A stretch of DNA of 64,000 nt from Scyliorhinus canicula (GCF_902713615.1 NC_052175.1:14921271-14985270), one strand, 5' to 3'. Positions 1 through 12,866 are shown, numbered from the stretch's first letter. Notes: generated by a model not told the origin, from the sequence alone. Translations and numbers: made by a program.

Positions 1-1243
1 CCCGTGCTGTACCTGTCCTGGGAGTGTTTGATGGGGACAGTGTAGAGGGAGCTTTACTCTGTATCTAACCCTCTAACCCCGTGCTGTACCTGTCCTGGGA
101 GTGTTTGATGGGGACTGCGTAGAGTAAGCTTTACTCTGTATCTAACCCCGTGCTGTACCTGTCCTGGGAGTGTTTGATGGGGACAGTGTAGAGGGAGCTT
201 TACTCTGTATCTAACCCCGTGCTGTACCTGTCCTGGGGGTGTTTGATGGGGACAGTGTAGAGGGAGCTTTACTCTGTATCTAACCCCGTGCTGTACCTGT
301 CCTGGGAGTGTTTGATGGGGACAGTGTAGAGGGAGCTTTACTCTGTATCTAACCCCGTGCTGTACCTGTCCTGGGAGTGTTTGATGGGGACAGTGTAGAG
401 GGAGCTTTACTCTGTATCTAACCCCGTGCTGTACCTGTCCTGGGAGTGTTTGATGGGGACAGTGTAGAGGGAGCTTTACTCTGTATCTAACCCCGTGCTG
501 TACCTGTCCTGGGAGTGTTTGATGGGGACAGTGTAGAGGGAGCTTTACTCTGTATCTAACCCTCTAACCCCGTGCTGTACCTGTCCTGGGAGTGTTTGAT
601 GGGGACTGCGTAGAGTAAGCTTTACTCTGTATCTAACCCCGTGCTGTACCTGTCCTGGGAGTGTTTGATGGGGACAGTGTAGGGGGAGCTTTACTCTGTA
701 TCTAACCCCGTGCTGTACCTGTCCTGGGAGTGTTTGATGGGGACAGTGTAGAGTGAGCTTTACTCTGTATCTAACCCCGTGCTGTACCTGTCCTGGGAGT
801 GTTTGATGGGGACCGTGTAGAGGGAGCTTTACTCTGTATCTAACCCCGTGCTGTACCTGTCCTGGGAGTGTTTGATGGGGACAGTGTAGAGGGAGCTTTA
901 CTCTGTATCTAACCCCATGCTGTACCTGTCCTGGGAGTGTTTGATGGGGACAGTGTAGAGGGAGCTTTACTCTGTATCTAACCCCGTGCTGTACCTGTCC
1001 TGGGAGTGTTTGATGGGGACAGTGTAGAGGGAGCTTTACTCTGTATCTAACCCCGTGCTGTACCTGTCCTGGGAGTGTTTGATGGGGACAGTGTAGAGGG
1101 AGCTTTACTCTGTATCTAACCCCGTGCTGTACCTGTCCTGGGAGTGTTTGATGGGGACAGTGTAGAGGGAGCTTTACTCTGTATCTAACCCCGTGCTGTA
1201 CCTGTCCTGGGAGTGTTTGATGGGGACAGTGTAGAGGGAGCTT
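1..1243. repeat. 69-bp tandem satellite (CCCCGTGCTGTACCTGTCCTGGGAGTGTTTGATGGGGACAGTGTAGAGGGAGCTTTACTCTGTATCTAA)n, ~18 copies, runs off window start
   Basis: Period 69 read directly (unit starts at 215 and 284); near-identical copies. Confidence 0.97.
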
Positions 1244-1529
1244 ATCTCTGAGTGTTTGGTGTGACAGAAAAGTCCATCTACTACATTATAAAATGATTTG
1301 CAATTGTCTCAGTCTTGTTTTTGGAAGGGAAGGTTCATGAACTGCCTATTTCCATTGTTGCCGCATTCTCTTGAATGTTTGCGTGTGAAAGTAAGGATTT
1401 CACGGACCTTATGCTTTTCAATATTGGCTGTGGCGTCCTTTTGGGCCTTGAAATGAAAATGTCTATTCCTATCCGTCGGAAAATCTTCATGTAGGGCACT
1501 TGTGGGTAGACTCAATCTTGTTCAATAAT

Positions 1530-1697
1530 GGGCGGCACGGTGGCACAGTGGTTAGCACTGCTGCCTCACAGCGCCGAGGACCCGGGTTCGATCCTGGCCC
1601 CGGGTCACTGTCCGTGCGGAGTTTGCACGTTCTCCCCGTGTCTGCATGCACAGGTGTGCAAGGTAAGTGGATTGGCCGCGGTAAATTGCCCCTTAGT
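1530..1697 (+). mobile_element. tRNA-derived V-SINE (HE1-like), partial; representative of dozens of copies in the window
   Basis: GGGCGGCACGGTGGCACAGTGGTTAGCAC (A box), GGTTCGATCC (B box), then V-domain GGAGTTTGCACGTTCTCCCCGTGTCTGC. Confidence 0.85.
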
Positions 1698-2008
1698 TAA
1701 GAACATAAATAAGAACTAGGAGCAGGAGTCGGCCATCTGGCCCCTCGAGCCTGCTCCGCCATTCGACGAGATCATGGCTCATCTTTTGTGGACTCAGCTC
1801 GTAGTTGGACAAAAAGAATTGGGTACTTTTAATTTGAAAGAAACGTTTGCTGAATAATTTCTGCAAAGTGAGAGCATGGCTGTACGTCTGTGATTGTCGA
1901 CCCGCACTGCAATCCAGACCTCGCTGAACAGGGACCCAGTAACTCCATTAATCGGGGACTAAAGGGGGAAATCCTTCCTTAAACAATAAGTTTCTAATGT
2001 TTTCTTAC

Positions 2009-2060
2009 CTCTCTCTTTGAACATGCTCTGGCGTATCGGAGTGTGGTCAGTAGTGGGCAA
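2009..2060 (-). other. candidate 52-nt exon of the unidentified downstream - strand gene
   Basis: Minus strand: polypyrimidine acceptor tttttcttctcttag| and donor AG|GTAAGA, in non-repeat sequence; two frames open (LPTTDHTPIRQSMFKER or CPLLTTLRYARACSKRE); no homolog recognised. Confidence 0.4.
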
Positions 2061-2159
2061 CTAAGAGAAGAAAAATGAACAGAAATTAAAATCTACAGAT
2101 AAAACTTTATTCCTGTTGTATAGGAACGTCTGCTCCTAATTCCGGTCACCCCGAGAGAA

Positions 2160-4450
2160 AGACTTTTGCCTCATATCTGGTTTTAAATGGCTGACCCCTT
2201 ATCTTGAATCAGTGACCCCTGGTTCTAGATTCTCCCACCAGGCGGAACCTCCTCTCCACGCCCACCATGTCGAGACCCTTCAGGACCTTGTCTGTTTCAG
2301 TCAATTCACCTCTTAAACTGCAACAGAATCAAACCTACCTTGCCCAATCTTTCCTCGTAAGACAACCCGCCCATTCCAGGTATTGGCCCAGTACAACTTC
2401 TCTAAACTAATTCCAACGCATTTACACCCTTAAATAAAGAGACAAGTACTGTACACAATACAGTCCTATTCAAATTGGCAGGCAGTAACTAGTGGGGTAC
2501 CACAGGGATCGGTGCTGGGACCCCAGCTATTCTCAATATGTATTAATGATTTGGATGAGGGAACAAAATGTAACATCTCAAAGTTTGCAGACGATACCAA
2601 GTTGGGTGGGAGGGTGAATTGTGGTGACGATGCAGGGATCCTGCAGCAAGATCTGGACAGGTTGGGCGAGTGGGCAAACCAATGGCAGCTGCAGTATAAT
2701 TTGGATAAGTGAAAGGTTATTCACTTTGGAAGCAAAAACAGGAAGGCAGATTACTCCCTGAATGGTTGTGAATTGGGAGAGGGGATTGTGCAGCGGGACC
2801 TGGGTGTCCTTGTGCACCAGTCGCTGAAGGTAAGCATGCAGGGGCAGCAGGCGGTAAAGGCGGCTAGTGGTATGTTGGCCTTCATTGCGCGAGGTTTTGA
2901 GTATCGTTGCAGGCATGTGTTGCTGCAATTGTACAGGGCCTTGGTGAGGCCACACCTGGAGTATTGGGGGCAGTTATGGTCTCCTTCTCTGAGGAAGGAT
3001 GTTCTTGCTCTTGAGGGAGAGCAGCGAAGGTTTACCAGACTGATTCCAGGGATGGCGGGACTGTCATAGGAGGAGAGATTGACTAGGCTGGGATTGTTCT
3101 CGCTGGAGTTCAGAAGAATGAGGGGGGAATCGCACAGAGACTTATAAAATTCTAACAGGACTAGACAGGGTAGATGCAGGGAAGATGTTACCAATGATGG
3201 GTGTGTCCAGAACCAGGGGTCACAGCCTGAGGATTCAGGGGAAACCATTTCAAGCAGAGATAAGAAGACATTTCTTCACACAAAGAGTGGTGAGCCTGTG
3301 GGATTCATTACCACAGGAAGTAGTTGATGCTAAATCATTGAATATATTCAAGAGGCGGCTGGATATAGCACTTGGGGAGAATGGGATCATAGGGAGAAAG
3401 CAGGATTAGGCTGTTGAGTTGGATGATCAGCCATGATGGTGATGAATGGCGGAGCAGGCTCGAAGGGCCAAAAGGCCTCCTCCTGCTCCTATCTTCTCTG
3501 TATCTATGCAATACTCCAGATGTGGCCTCATTACTGCTCTGTCTAACTGAAACATAACCTCCCTTACTTTTCTGTTCAAATCCCATCGCAACAATAATGT
3601 TCTATTAGCTTTCCCAGTTATTTGCTGCATTTGTATAATAACCTTTTGCGATTCATGCACTCGGGCACCCTGGTCCCACTGCATCTCAGAGCTCTGCAAT
3701 CTCTCACCATTTAGGTAATAAGCTCACTCTTTATGCTTCCTGCCAAAATGGACCATTTCGCATTTTCCCTCCAGCCCTTCATCCAGGACAGTCATAGAAA
3801 TTGTATTTGAGGTGCCCGTATTGATGCCTGTGGCACACCCTTCACTGCTTCTTACCAATCTGAAAAATACCCATTTACACCTACTCTCTGCTTCCTGTTA
3901 GCCAGCCAATCTTCTATCCATGCCAACATGTCGCCCTCCCCACCCATACCATGAGCTGCTATTTTCCGCAGTAACCTTTAATGTGACACTTTATCAAATA
4001 CCTTTAGGAAATCTAAGTACAGTACATCCACTGGTTCTCCTTTATTGACTGCCCATGTTACTTCCTCAAAGAACTCCGATAAGTTGGCTAAACGTGGTTT
4101 CTCTTTCACAAAGCCATGTTGACTCTGTCTGATTACACGAACATTTCTATGTAACCTGCTATACTTCTTTAATAATATCTTCTACCATTTTTCCTATGAC
4201 AGATACGATAACGGTCAGTAGTTTCCCGTTCTATCTCCCCCCCTCTGTGAATAATTTGCTATCTTTTAAAAATGTTTAATAAAACTCTTCTTTCTGTTTA
4301 TATATTTGTGACTAGCTTTCTCTTGTACTCCTTATTTTCCCCTCTGTATTAATGTTGCTGTTCTTTAGATTCTGTCCACGAATCTGATCTTTCCACTATC
4401 TTTGCACGATGATATGCTTTTTCTTTTGGCTTGATACTACCTTTGACTAT
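2160..4450 (-). mobile_element. old CR1-clade LINE fragment, split by a younger + strand CR1
   Basis: Reverse-strand CR1 ORF2 3' similarity (e.g. 3427-3699: ...DRAVMRPHLEYC); continues on both sides of 2462-3508. Confidence 0.7.
2462..3508 (+). mobile_element. CR1-clade LINE 3' fragment (reverse transcriptase C-terminal part and 3'UTR), defective
   Basis: [10 protein letters not shown]...INDLDEG...SKFADDTKLGG and LYRALVRPHLEY motifs with in-frame stops; CR1-type tail GGAGCAGGCTCGAAGGGCC...CCTCCTGCTCC. Confidence 0.92.
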
Positions 4451-5029
4451 TCTAGTTAATCATGGATGGTGGGTCCATCCTTTAGACTTTTAAAATGTTT
4501 TTTCCAATTAAGGGGCAATTTAGCGTGGTCAACTTAGCAAACACGGGGAGAATGTGCAAACTCCACATGGACAGTAACCCAGAGCCAGGATCGAACCCGG
4601 GATCGGCGCCGTGCTAACCACTGCGCCAATGTGCCCCGCTTAGGATGGGCCATACTAGGGGCAGCACGGTGGCACAGTGGTTAGCACTGCTGCCTCACAG
4701 CACCGGGTTCGATCCCGGCTCTGGGTCACTGTCCGTGTGGAATTTGCACATTCTCCCCGTGTCTGCGTGGGTTTCGCCCCCACAACCCAAAAAGATGTGC
4801 AGGGTGGGTGGATTGGCCGCGCTAAATTGCCCCTTAATCGGAAATAATACTGTGTTTCTCAGCACCACTGTTAATGTGGGTCCTCGGCGCCGTAAGGCAG
4901 CAGTGCTAACCACTGTGCCGCCCAGAAACGCGGTTGAAGCAACTTCACTCTCCACTTGATCTGGAAATGCCCATCGTCGACAGAGTGGTGACAATGGAAA
5001 GCCCGTCATTTCTAACATCCACCCCATAC

Positions 5030-5094
5030 CGAGAGGTCCTCACAGACAATAACCGGACATCTGAATTGGAACATGATCCCGGTAGCCCGTGGTC
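5030..5094 (-). other. candidate 65-nt exon of the unidentified downstream - strand gene
   Basis: Minus strand acceptor aatatttcag| and donor CG|GTATGG; open in the frame following the ATG at 7952-7954 (DHGLPGSCSNSDVRLLSVRTS). Confidence 0.3.
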
Positions 5095-5269
5095 CTGAAA
5101 TATTGAGTTTGCCTGCACGCCATGCCCCTCCGCAAGGCACCTCGATTGAATTCCCGATTGGTGAGTGAGTGAAAGTTCTCTCCATTCCTCGTCACATCAA
5201 CAGCTTCCACTCCTCCCCACTAGACGGAGCATCAACCTAAACTACAACTTCACAGGTCCAGGCTTTCTT

Positions 5270-6555
5270 TCTTTTAATAAACATTTTATGGAGGTATTTT
5301 TTGGTATTATAACAACAACACAATAAACAATGTACATGAAACTATAAACATGGTGCAAAAGTCATCTCCCTCCCTTACAGATCCCATCTTTATTAGCCCC
5401 CTACTCTACGCTAACCTAACCCCTCCCCCTTCGGCTGACGATTAATTTTCCGTGAAGAAGTCAACAAACGGTTGCCACCTCCGGGCGAACCCTAACAGTG
5501 ACCCTCTCAGGGCGAACTTGATTTTCTCCAAACAGAGAAAGCTAGCCATGTCCGATAGCCAGGTCTCCGACTTCGGGGGCTTTGAGTCCCTCCAAGCTAA
5601 TAGTATCCGTCTCCGGGGCTACCAGGGAAGCAAAGGCCGGAACGTCTGCTTCTTTCTCCTCCTGGATCCCCGTGCCTTCCGACAACCGGAAATCGCCACC
5701 TCTGGACTCAGCGCCACCCTTGTTTTTAACACCGTGGACATGACATCTGCAAACCCCTCCCAGAATCCCCTAAGCTTCGGACATGTCCAGAACATGTGGA
5801 CATGGTTCGCTGGTCCTCCCGCACACCTGTCTTCCACCCCAAAGAATCTGCTCATCCGGGCCACTGTCATGTGAGCCGGTGAACGACCTTGAATTGTATC
5901 AGGCTGAGCCTGGCACATGTTGTGGATGCGTTGACTCTACTCAACGCGTCCGCCCATAGACCATCCTCTATCTCTCCTCCCAGCTCCTCCTCCCACTTGC
6001 GCTTCTGTTCCTCGGTCTGTGTCTCCTCCGACCCCATAAGTTCCTTGTAAATGTCCGAGACGCTACCTTCTCCTGCCCACCCTCTGGAAACCACCCTGTC
6101 CTGAATCCCCCTTAGCGGTAGGAGCGGGAAGATTGACACCTGTTTACGTAGGAAGTCCCGCACCTGCAGATACCTGAATTTGTTTCCCCTCGCCAACCCA
6201 AACTTCTCCTCCAAACTTCATACTCGGAAAGCTCCCCTCTATAAACATATCCTCCATCCTCTCAATCCCTGCTCTCCGCCATATCTGGAACCCCCCCCAT
6301 CCATACTTCCCGGGGCAAACCGGTGATTATTACAGATTGGGGACCAGACCGATGCTCCCTCTGCTCCCACGTGCTGCCTCCATTGCCCCCAGACTCTCAG
6401 GGCTGCCATCACCACGGGGCTGGTGGAGTACCGTGCCGGCAGGAACGGCAGAGGCGCCGTTATCAACGTCCCAAACTGGTGCCCTTGCTTGAAGCTGCCT
6501 CCATGCGCTCCCATGCCAACCCCTCCCCCACCACCCACTTCCAGATCATGGCTAT
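5270..6555 (-). mobile_element. L1/Tx1-clade LINE ORF2 3' end, frameshifted
   Basis: Minus-strand ORF pieces FRYLQVRDFLRK, RKWEEELG, RLSLIQFKVVHR and CAGGPANHVHMFWTCPKL (C-terminal Cys/His region of L1-type ORF2); A-rich tail near 5270. Confidence 0.85.
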
Positions 6556-7070
6556 ATGTGGGGGTGAGACCCACGCAGACACGGGGAGAATGTGCAAACT
6601 CCACACGGACAGTGACCCGGGGCCGGGATCGAACCTGGGACCTCGGCGCCGTGAGGCAGCAGGGCTAACCAATGGCCCCTTGCGCCACTGAAAGACGTGC
6701 TGTTGGGTGAATTGGACATTCTGAATTCTCCCTCTGTGCACCCGAACAGGCGCCGGAGTGTGGCGACTAGGGGATCTTCACAGTAACTTCATTGCAGTGT
6801 TAACCCGGGTCCTCGGCACTGTGAGGCAGCAGTGTTAACCACTGCGCCACCCACGTTTTCTTCTTCAATAGAACGTATTTTTGTTGAACATTTTGAATCA
6901 ATTCTTGAAATGTTTCCCACTGTCCATTTACTCTCATATCTTTTAGTCTATTTGCCCAATTGGCTGTAGCCAGTTCGCCCCCTCATACTCAAGTAATTGG
7001 CTTTGTCTTTTTTTAAATTAAGGGGCAATTTAGCGTGGCCAGTCCGTCTACTATTATTAGTGTATTTCAA

Positions 7071-7290
7071 GGGCGGCATGCGGTGCAGTGGATAGCACTG
7101 GGACTGCGGAGCTGAGGTCCCAGGTTCGATCCCGGCCCTGGGTCACTGTCCGTGTGGAGTTTGCACATTCTCCCCGTGTCTGCGTGGGTTTCACCCCCAC
7201 AACCCAAAGATGTGCAGGGTAGGTGGATTGGCCACGCTAAATTGCCCCTTAATTGGAAAAAAAATAATTGGGTACTCTAAATTCTTTTTT
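7071..7290 (+). mobile_element. V-SINE copy (short A/T-tailed subfamily)
   Basis: tRNA head, V domain, then AATTGCCCCTTAATTGGAAAA tail. Confidence 0.85.
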
Positions 7291-7516
7291 AAATTAGTAT
7301 GTTACAAAACCTATCCTGTCAAGTAGAAGGCAAAGCTTATTCACATATTGTACGACGTATGAAAGTACAATGATGAATCTTTTGAAATACCTTAGCCCTC
7401 ATACACATGCACCAAAAAATAAGTCAATTCTGCCACAAGGTTAAAAGTCAACAGATCAAGGGAAGGGATAAATCTTGGAGTCCTTGAAATGTTGTCACGG
7501 TTATGCAGTTTACATA

Positions 7517-7840
7517 CATAGAATTTACAGTGCAGAAGGAGGCCATTCGGCCCATCGAGTCTGCACCGGCTCTTGGAAAGAGCACCCCACCCAAGGTTAA
7601 CACCTCCACCCTATCCCCGTAACCCAGTAACCCCACCCAACACTAAGGGCAATTTATAATGGCCAATCCACCTAACCTGCACATCTTTGGACTGTGGGAG
7701 GAAACCGGAGCACCCGGAGGAAACCCACGCAGACACGGCGGGAGAACGTGCAGACTCCACACAGACAGTGACCCAGCCGGGAATCGAACCCGGGGACCCT
7801 GGCGCTGCGAAGCCACAGTGCTAGCCGCTGTGCTATCGTG
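7517..7840 (-). mobile_element. full-length V-SINE with CR1-derived tail
   Basis: Reverse complement shows head, V domain and GACTCGATGGGCCGAATGGCCTCCTTCTGCACTGTAAATTCTATG tail. Confidence 0.87.
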
Positions 7841-7951
7841 GCTAGAAGAACACCTCAGCTTGATCGTAGCTGACATTTACAATGAAGCCTGTCACAGACA
7901 CACAGATAGGGGGGGGTGGGGGGGGGGGGGGGGTGATTTAGATTGACTTAC

Positions 7952-8106
7952 CATCGATCTTTGTGGGCTGGGTTTCAAAGCTGGCTCTGCACGTCTCTTG
8001 GGGCGTATCGCGAAGGGGTTTGCAGTCAGTCCTGGACTTGGGCCTTTGCTATGCTGGTGAGGAGCGAATGGGGCGGTGGAAACAGCTGGGCAGCTGCAGG
8101 GAAGCA
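7952..8106 (-). other. candidate exon ending in ATG|GTAAGT (5'UTR plus start codon) of the unidentified - strand gene
   Basis: Acceptor ctctcttatcag| at 8107-8108; consensus donor GTAAGT at 7946-7951 immediately after ATG; unique sequence. Confidence 0.45.
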
Positions 8107-9794
8107 CTGATAAGAGAGATTTGCATTTGTACAGTCAGAATATGAAACACAGCCTCAAACGCCAGGCCCAGTACGTTCCTGTCTCTGAATCCCCCATCTG
8201 TGATTCTCACACCTTGTACACTGCCCAAGAGGCATCCGTGTGCTTTAAATAGCTTGTGGTAGCATGCGCCTCCCTCCCCAACCCGTCCCCAGCCACAGCT
8301 GGGCGGCTGATAGCAAAGAGGCGAGAAGGTACGGCCATCCTCCATGCCTTCACCACAGCATCAATCATTAAACCCATGACCGGTTTCAGAAGGGGAAGAG
8401 GCAGTTGTATGAGGTCCTGCTGCACGACAATCTCAAAGCTCTTCTGCATGTTCAGTTCTGACCACATCCCAACACATGTCCCATTAACTCCAATACATTT
8501 ATATTTAATCCAACAACTCAACCAAGTTAATCAAACGTGATTTGCCTTCAAGGCATCCACGTTGGCCGTCTCTCATTAATCAATGTTCCTCCAAGTGACA
8601 ATTAATTTTATCCTGGATTATAGTCTCTAGATTAAAATTTCCCCTCACAGACACGAGGTCTGTGGTTGTCTGGTTTACAACGCCACCCTCTTCTCGGTTT
8701 GCAACCTCGTTGCCCTCTGCACAAATCTCATATCCGGGCGGCACAGTGGTTAGCACTGCTGCCTCACAGCGCCGGGGTCCCGGGTTCCATTCCCGCCTTG
8801 GCTCACCGTCTGTGCGGAATCTGCACGTTCTCCCAGTCTCCGAGCGGGTTTCCTCCCGCAGTCCAAAGATGTGCGGGTTAGGTGGATTGGCCGTGCTAAA
8901 TTGCAGGAACGGGGCGGGGGCTGGTTGGACCTTTCCAAGGACTGGTGCAGGCTCGATGGGCCGAATGGCCTCCTTCTGCACTGTCGGCACCCCTCTGATT
9001 GGAAGATTGTGGTCAGAGCCTTTGCAACTTCCACCCTTACTTCCCGAAAATAGATAAATCTGGACAAGAGGGGTTTTCTATTTTGATCGGTAATCTTTAA
9101 ATTATATTTTTATTCTATCCTGTAATGCCCTGACCTCCTTAACTGACATGAACAGCATCCTCTTTAACGTACAGATATCAAATACTCATTTAGTACCTCA
9201 GTTCTCTGCACAGGATGACCGTAATTATCCTATCCGCCTTTCACTATTAATAAAAAAACTTCACTGCTCCCTTTATCGCCCAACATCTTCCCTCCCCCAC
9301 CTTTGCTACCCGTTCAATTATTCTCCGCACCTCCTTTGCTCAGCTCGAGTCCCCAATGGATTAGGGTCCCGACATCTTTCTGTCCCGTTTCATCCAGGGA
9401 GTTAAAACAATATCAATTATTTCACAGGGCGTTGGGGTGGCTGAACGCTGACTCGGTCAGCGTTTTTGTTGCCCGTCCCCAGTTGCCCTCGAGACGGGGG
9501 CTCATTACCACCTTCTTGAACGGCTGCGGTCCATGGGGTGTAGGTACACCCACCATGCTGTCAATGAGGGCGTCCGTGGATTTTGATCCAGTGGCATTGA
9601 AGTAACGGCAATATAATTGCCTAAAAAATTGTCCTAAAAAAAGTAAGGTTAAGAGGGGGGTTGTTGGGTTGCGGGTGTAGGGTGGATACGTGGGTTTGAG
9701 TAGGGTGATCATGGCTCGGCACAACATCGAGGGCCGAAGGGCCTGTTCTGTGCTGTACTGTTCTATGTTCTATGTTCTATAATTCCCAGTGGAG

Positions 9795-10560
9795 GCATAG
9801 ACTTTTTTCTAAATGGGGAAACGCTTCGGAAAGCAGAAGCACAAAGGGACTTGGGAGTCCTTGTTCACGATTCTCTTAAGGTTAACGTGCAGGTTCAGTC
9901 GGCAGTTCAGAAGGTAAATGCAATGTTAGCATTCACGTCGAGAGGGCTAGAATACAAGAGCAGGGATGTACTTCTGAGGCTGTCTGAGGCTCTGGTCAGA
10001 CCCCATTTGGAGTATTGTGAGCAGTTTTGGGCCCCGTATCTAAGGAAGGATGATGCTGGGGCCTTGGAAAGGGTCCAGAGGAGGTTCGCAAGAACGATCC
10101 CGGGAATGAAGAGCTTATCGTATGAGGAATAGGTTGAGGATTCTGGGTCTGTACTTGTTGGAGTTTAGAAGGATGGGGGGGGGGGGGGGGGGAATCTTAT
10201 TGAAACTTACAGGACACTGCGAGGCCTGGATAGAGTGGACGTGGAGAGGCTGTTTCCACTTGTAGGAAAAACTAGAAGCAGAGGGCACAATCTCAGACTG
10301 AAAGGACGATCCTTTGAAACAGAGATGAGGAGGAATTTCTTCAGCCAGAGGGTGGTGAATCTGTGGAACTCTTTGCCGCAGAAGGCTGTGGAGGCCAAAT
10401 CACTGAGCGTCTTTAAGGCAGAGATAGAGAGGTTCTTGATTAATAAGGGGGTCAGGGGTTATGGGGAGAAGGCAGGAGAATGGGGATGAGAAAATATCAG
10501 CCATGATCGAATGGCGGAGCAGACTCGATGGGCCGAGTGGCCTAATTCTGCTCCTATGCC
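9795..10560 (+). mobile_element. CR1-clade LINE 3' fragment
   Basis: ALVRPHLEYCEQFWAPYLRKD and RNFFSQRVVNLWNSLP motifs; CR1 3'UTR. Confidence 0.9.
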
Positions 10561-11374
10561 CTGTTTAACCTCTTGGGTTTCGGGAACTGCACTTATGCAG
10601 GCACGTGGAGAGTATTCTATCACATTTCCGATTTGTGCCTGTTTGAGTGTCTTTGGGAGAAAACAGATGAGTTACTTGCTGCATCACTCGCAGCCTCTGG
10701 CCTGTACTTGTAGTCACAGTATTTATATGGCCGATCCAGTCCAGTTTTTGGTCAATGGAACCCCTTCCCCGGATGTTGATTGTGGGGGATTCAGCGATGG
10801 TAATGGCATTGAACGTCAGGCGGAGAAGGCCAGATTTTCCCCTCGGAGATCATAGAATTTACAGTGCAGAAAGAGGCCATTCGGCCCATCAAGTCTGCAC
10901 CGGCCCTTGGAAAGAGCACACACTTAAGCCCACACCTCCACCGTATCCCCGTAACCCCACCTACCCCTTTTTTGGTCACCAATTTATCACGGCCAATCCA
11001 CCTAACCTACACATCTTTGGGCTGTGGGAGGAAACCGGAGCACCCGGAGGAAACCCACGCACACACGGGAAGAACGTGCAGACTCCGCGGACAATGACCC
11101 AAGCCGGGAATCGAACCTGGGACCCTACAACTGTGCTAACCACTGTGCTACCCTCTTGTCGGAGGTGGTCGTTATTTATTTATTTAAAAAAAAAAAAATT
11201 TTACCACACCCAATTATTTTTTTATCCAATTAAGGGGCAACTTAGCGTGGCCAACCCACCTATCCTGCACATCTGTGGGTTGTGGGGGTGAGACCCCATG
11301 CAGGCCACGCGGATAGCGACCCAGGTCCTCGGCGCCATGAAGCAGCAGCGCTAACCACTTTACCACCCTTGAAA

Positions 11375-11650
11375 AGGTCATTACCTGGCACTTGGGTGGT
11401 ACAAAGGTTACCTGCCACATATCCGCCCAAGCCTGGATATTGTCCAGATGGTGCTGCACGTGGGCACAGACTGTTTCAGCTCCCGCGGAGTTGCGAATGG
11501 TGCTGAGAAATGTGTGAACATTAGCGGACATTCTGACCCGAGAACATTACCCCGAGAAACTCCGGCAGTGAGGTCCTTGGACAGAGATGATTGATCTCCA
11601 ACAAGCGCAGCCCATCTTCTTTTGTGCGAGGAACAGCTCCATCCAGTGGA
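11375..11650 (-). mobile_element. degenerate CR1/L2-group RT fragment
   Basis: Minus-strand QHHLDNIQAWADMWQVTFVPPKCQVMTFS. Confidence 0.65.
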
Positions 11651-11659
11651 CAGCTTTCT

Positions 11660-12866
11660 TCTCTCTCCCATTGGGAATACTGAGCCTGTATCCAGTCTGT
11701 CTCTTCCATTGGGAATACTGAGCCTGCACCCAGTCTCTCTTCTCCCACTGGGAATACTGAGTCTGCACCCAGTCTCTCTTCTCCCATTGGGAATACTGAG
11801 CCTGCACCCAGTCTCTCTTCTCCCATTGGGAATACCGAGCCTGCACCCAGTCTCTCTTCTCCCATTGGGAATACTGAGCCTGCACCCAGTCTCTCTTCTC
11901 CCACTGGGAATACTGAGGCTGTACCCAGTCTCTCTTCTCCCATTGGGAATACTGAGCCTGCGCCCAGACTCTCTTCTCCCTTTGGGAATACTGAGCCTGC
12001 ACCCAGACTCTCTTCTCCCATTGGGAATACCGAGCCTGCACCCAGACTCTCTTCTCCCATTGGGAATACTGAGCCTGCACCCAGACTCTCTTCTCCCATT
12101 GGGAATACTGAGGCTGTACCCAGACTCTCTTCTCCCACTGGGAATACTGAGCCTGCACCCACTCTCTCCTCTCCCATTGGGAATACTGAGCCTGCACCAG
12201 GTCTGTCTTCTCCCATTGGGAATACTGAGCCTATACCCAGTCTGTCTTCTCCCATTGGGAATACTGAGCCTGTACCAGGTCTGTCTTCTCCCATTGGGAA
12301 TACTGAGCCTGTACCCAGACTCTCTTCTCCCATTGGGAATACTGAGCCTGCACCCAGTCTCTCTTCTCCCACTGGGAATACTGAGCCTGCACCCACTCTC
12401 TCTTCTCCCACTGGGAATACTGAGCCTGCACCCAGTCTGTCTCTTCCATTGGGAATACTGAGCCTGCACCCAGTCTCTCTTCTCCCATTGGGAATACTGA
12501 GCCTGTACCCAGTCTGTCTCTTCCATTGGGAATACTGAGCCTGCGCCCAGTCTCTCTTCTCCCATTGGGAATACTGAGCCTGCACCCACTCTCTCTTCTC
12601 CCACTGGGAATACTGAGCCTGCGCCCAGTCTCTCTTCTCCCACTGGGAATACTGAGCCTGCACCCAGTCTGTCTCTTCCATTGGGAATACTGAGCCTGCG
12701 CCCAGTCTCTCTTCTCCCATTGGGAATACTGAGCCTGCACCCACTCTCTCTTCTCCCACTGGGAATACTGAGCCTGCACCCAGTCTGTCTTCTCCCACTG
12801 GGAATACTGAGCCTGCACCCAGTCTCTCTTCTCCCACTGGGAATACTGAGCCTGTACCAGGTCTGT
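11660..12866. repeat. 39-bp minisatellite (TCTCTCTTCTCCCATTGGGAATACTGAGCCTGCACCCAG)n, ~31 copies
   Basis: Direct inspection; 13-aa periodicity in the ORF track (GEERLGAGSVFPM). Confidence 0.95.

Noticed and set aside
1-1243. CRISPR-like regular repeats (also 58052-59445 and 50701-51245)
   Set aside because: Head-to-tail units with no unique spacers, no cas genes, and a vertebrate context.
1885-1958. Further - strand exon after the acceptor ccccctttag
   Set aside because: It would need a 50-nt intron after 2009 and has only a weak donor.
4659-4845. tRNA gene calls at A/B-box motifs (here and at other SINE heads)
   Set aside because: They continue into SINE V-domain or tail sequence and do not form a clean cloverleaf.
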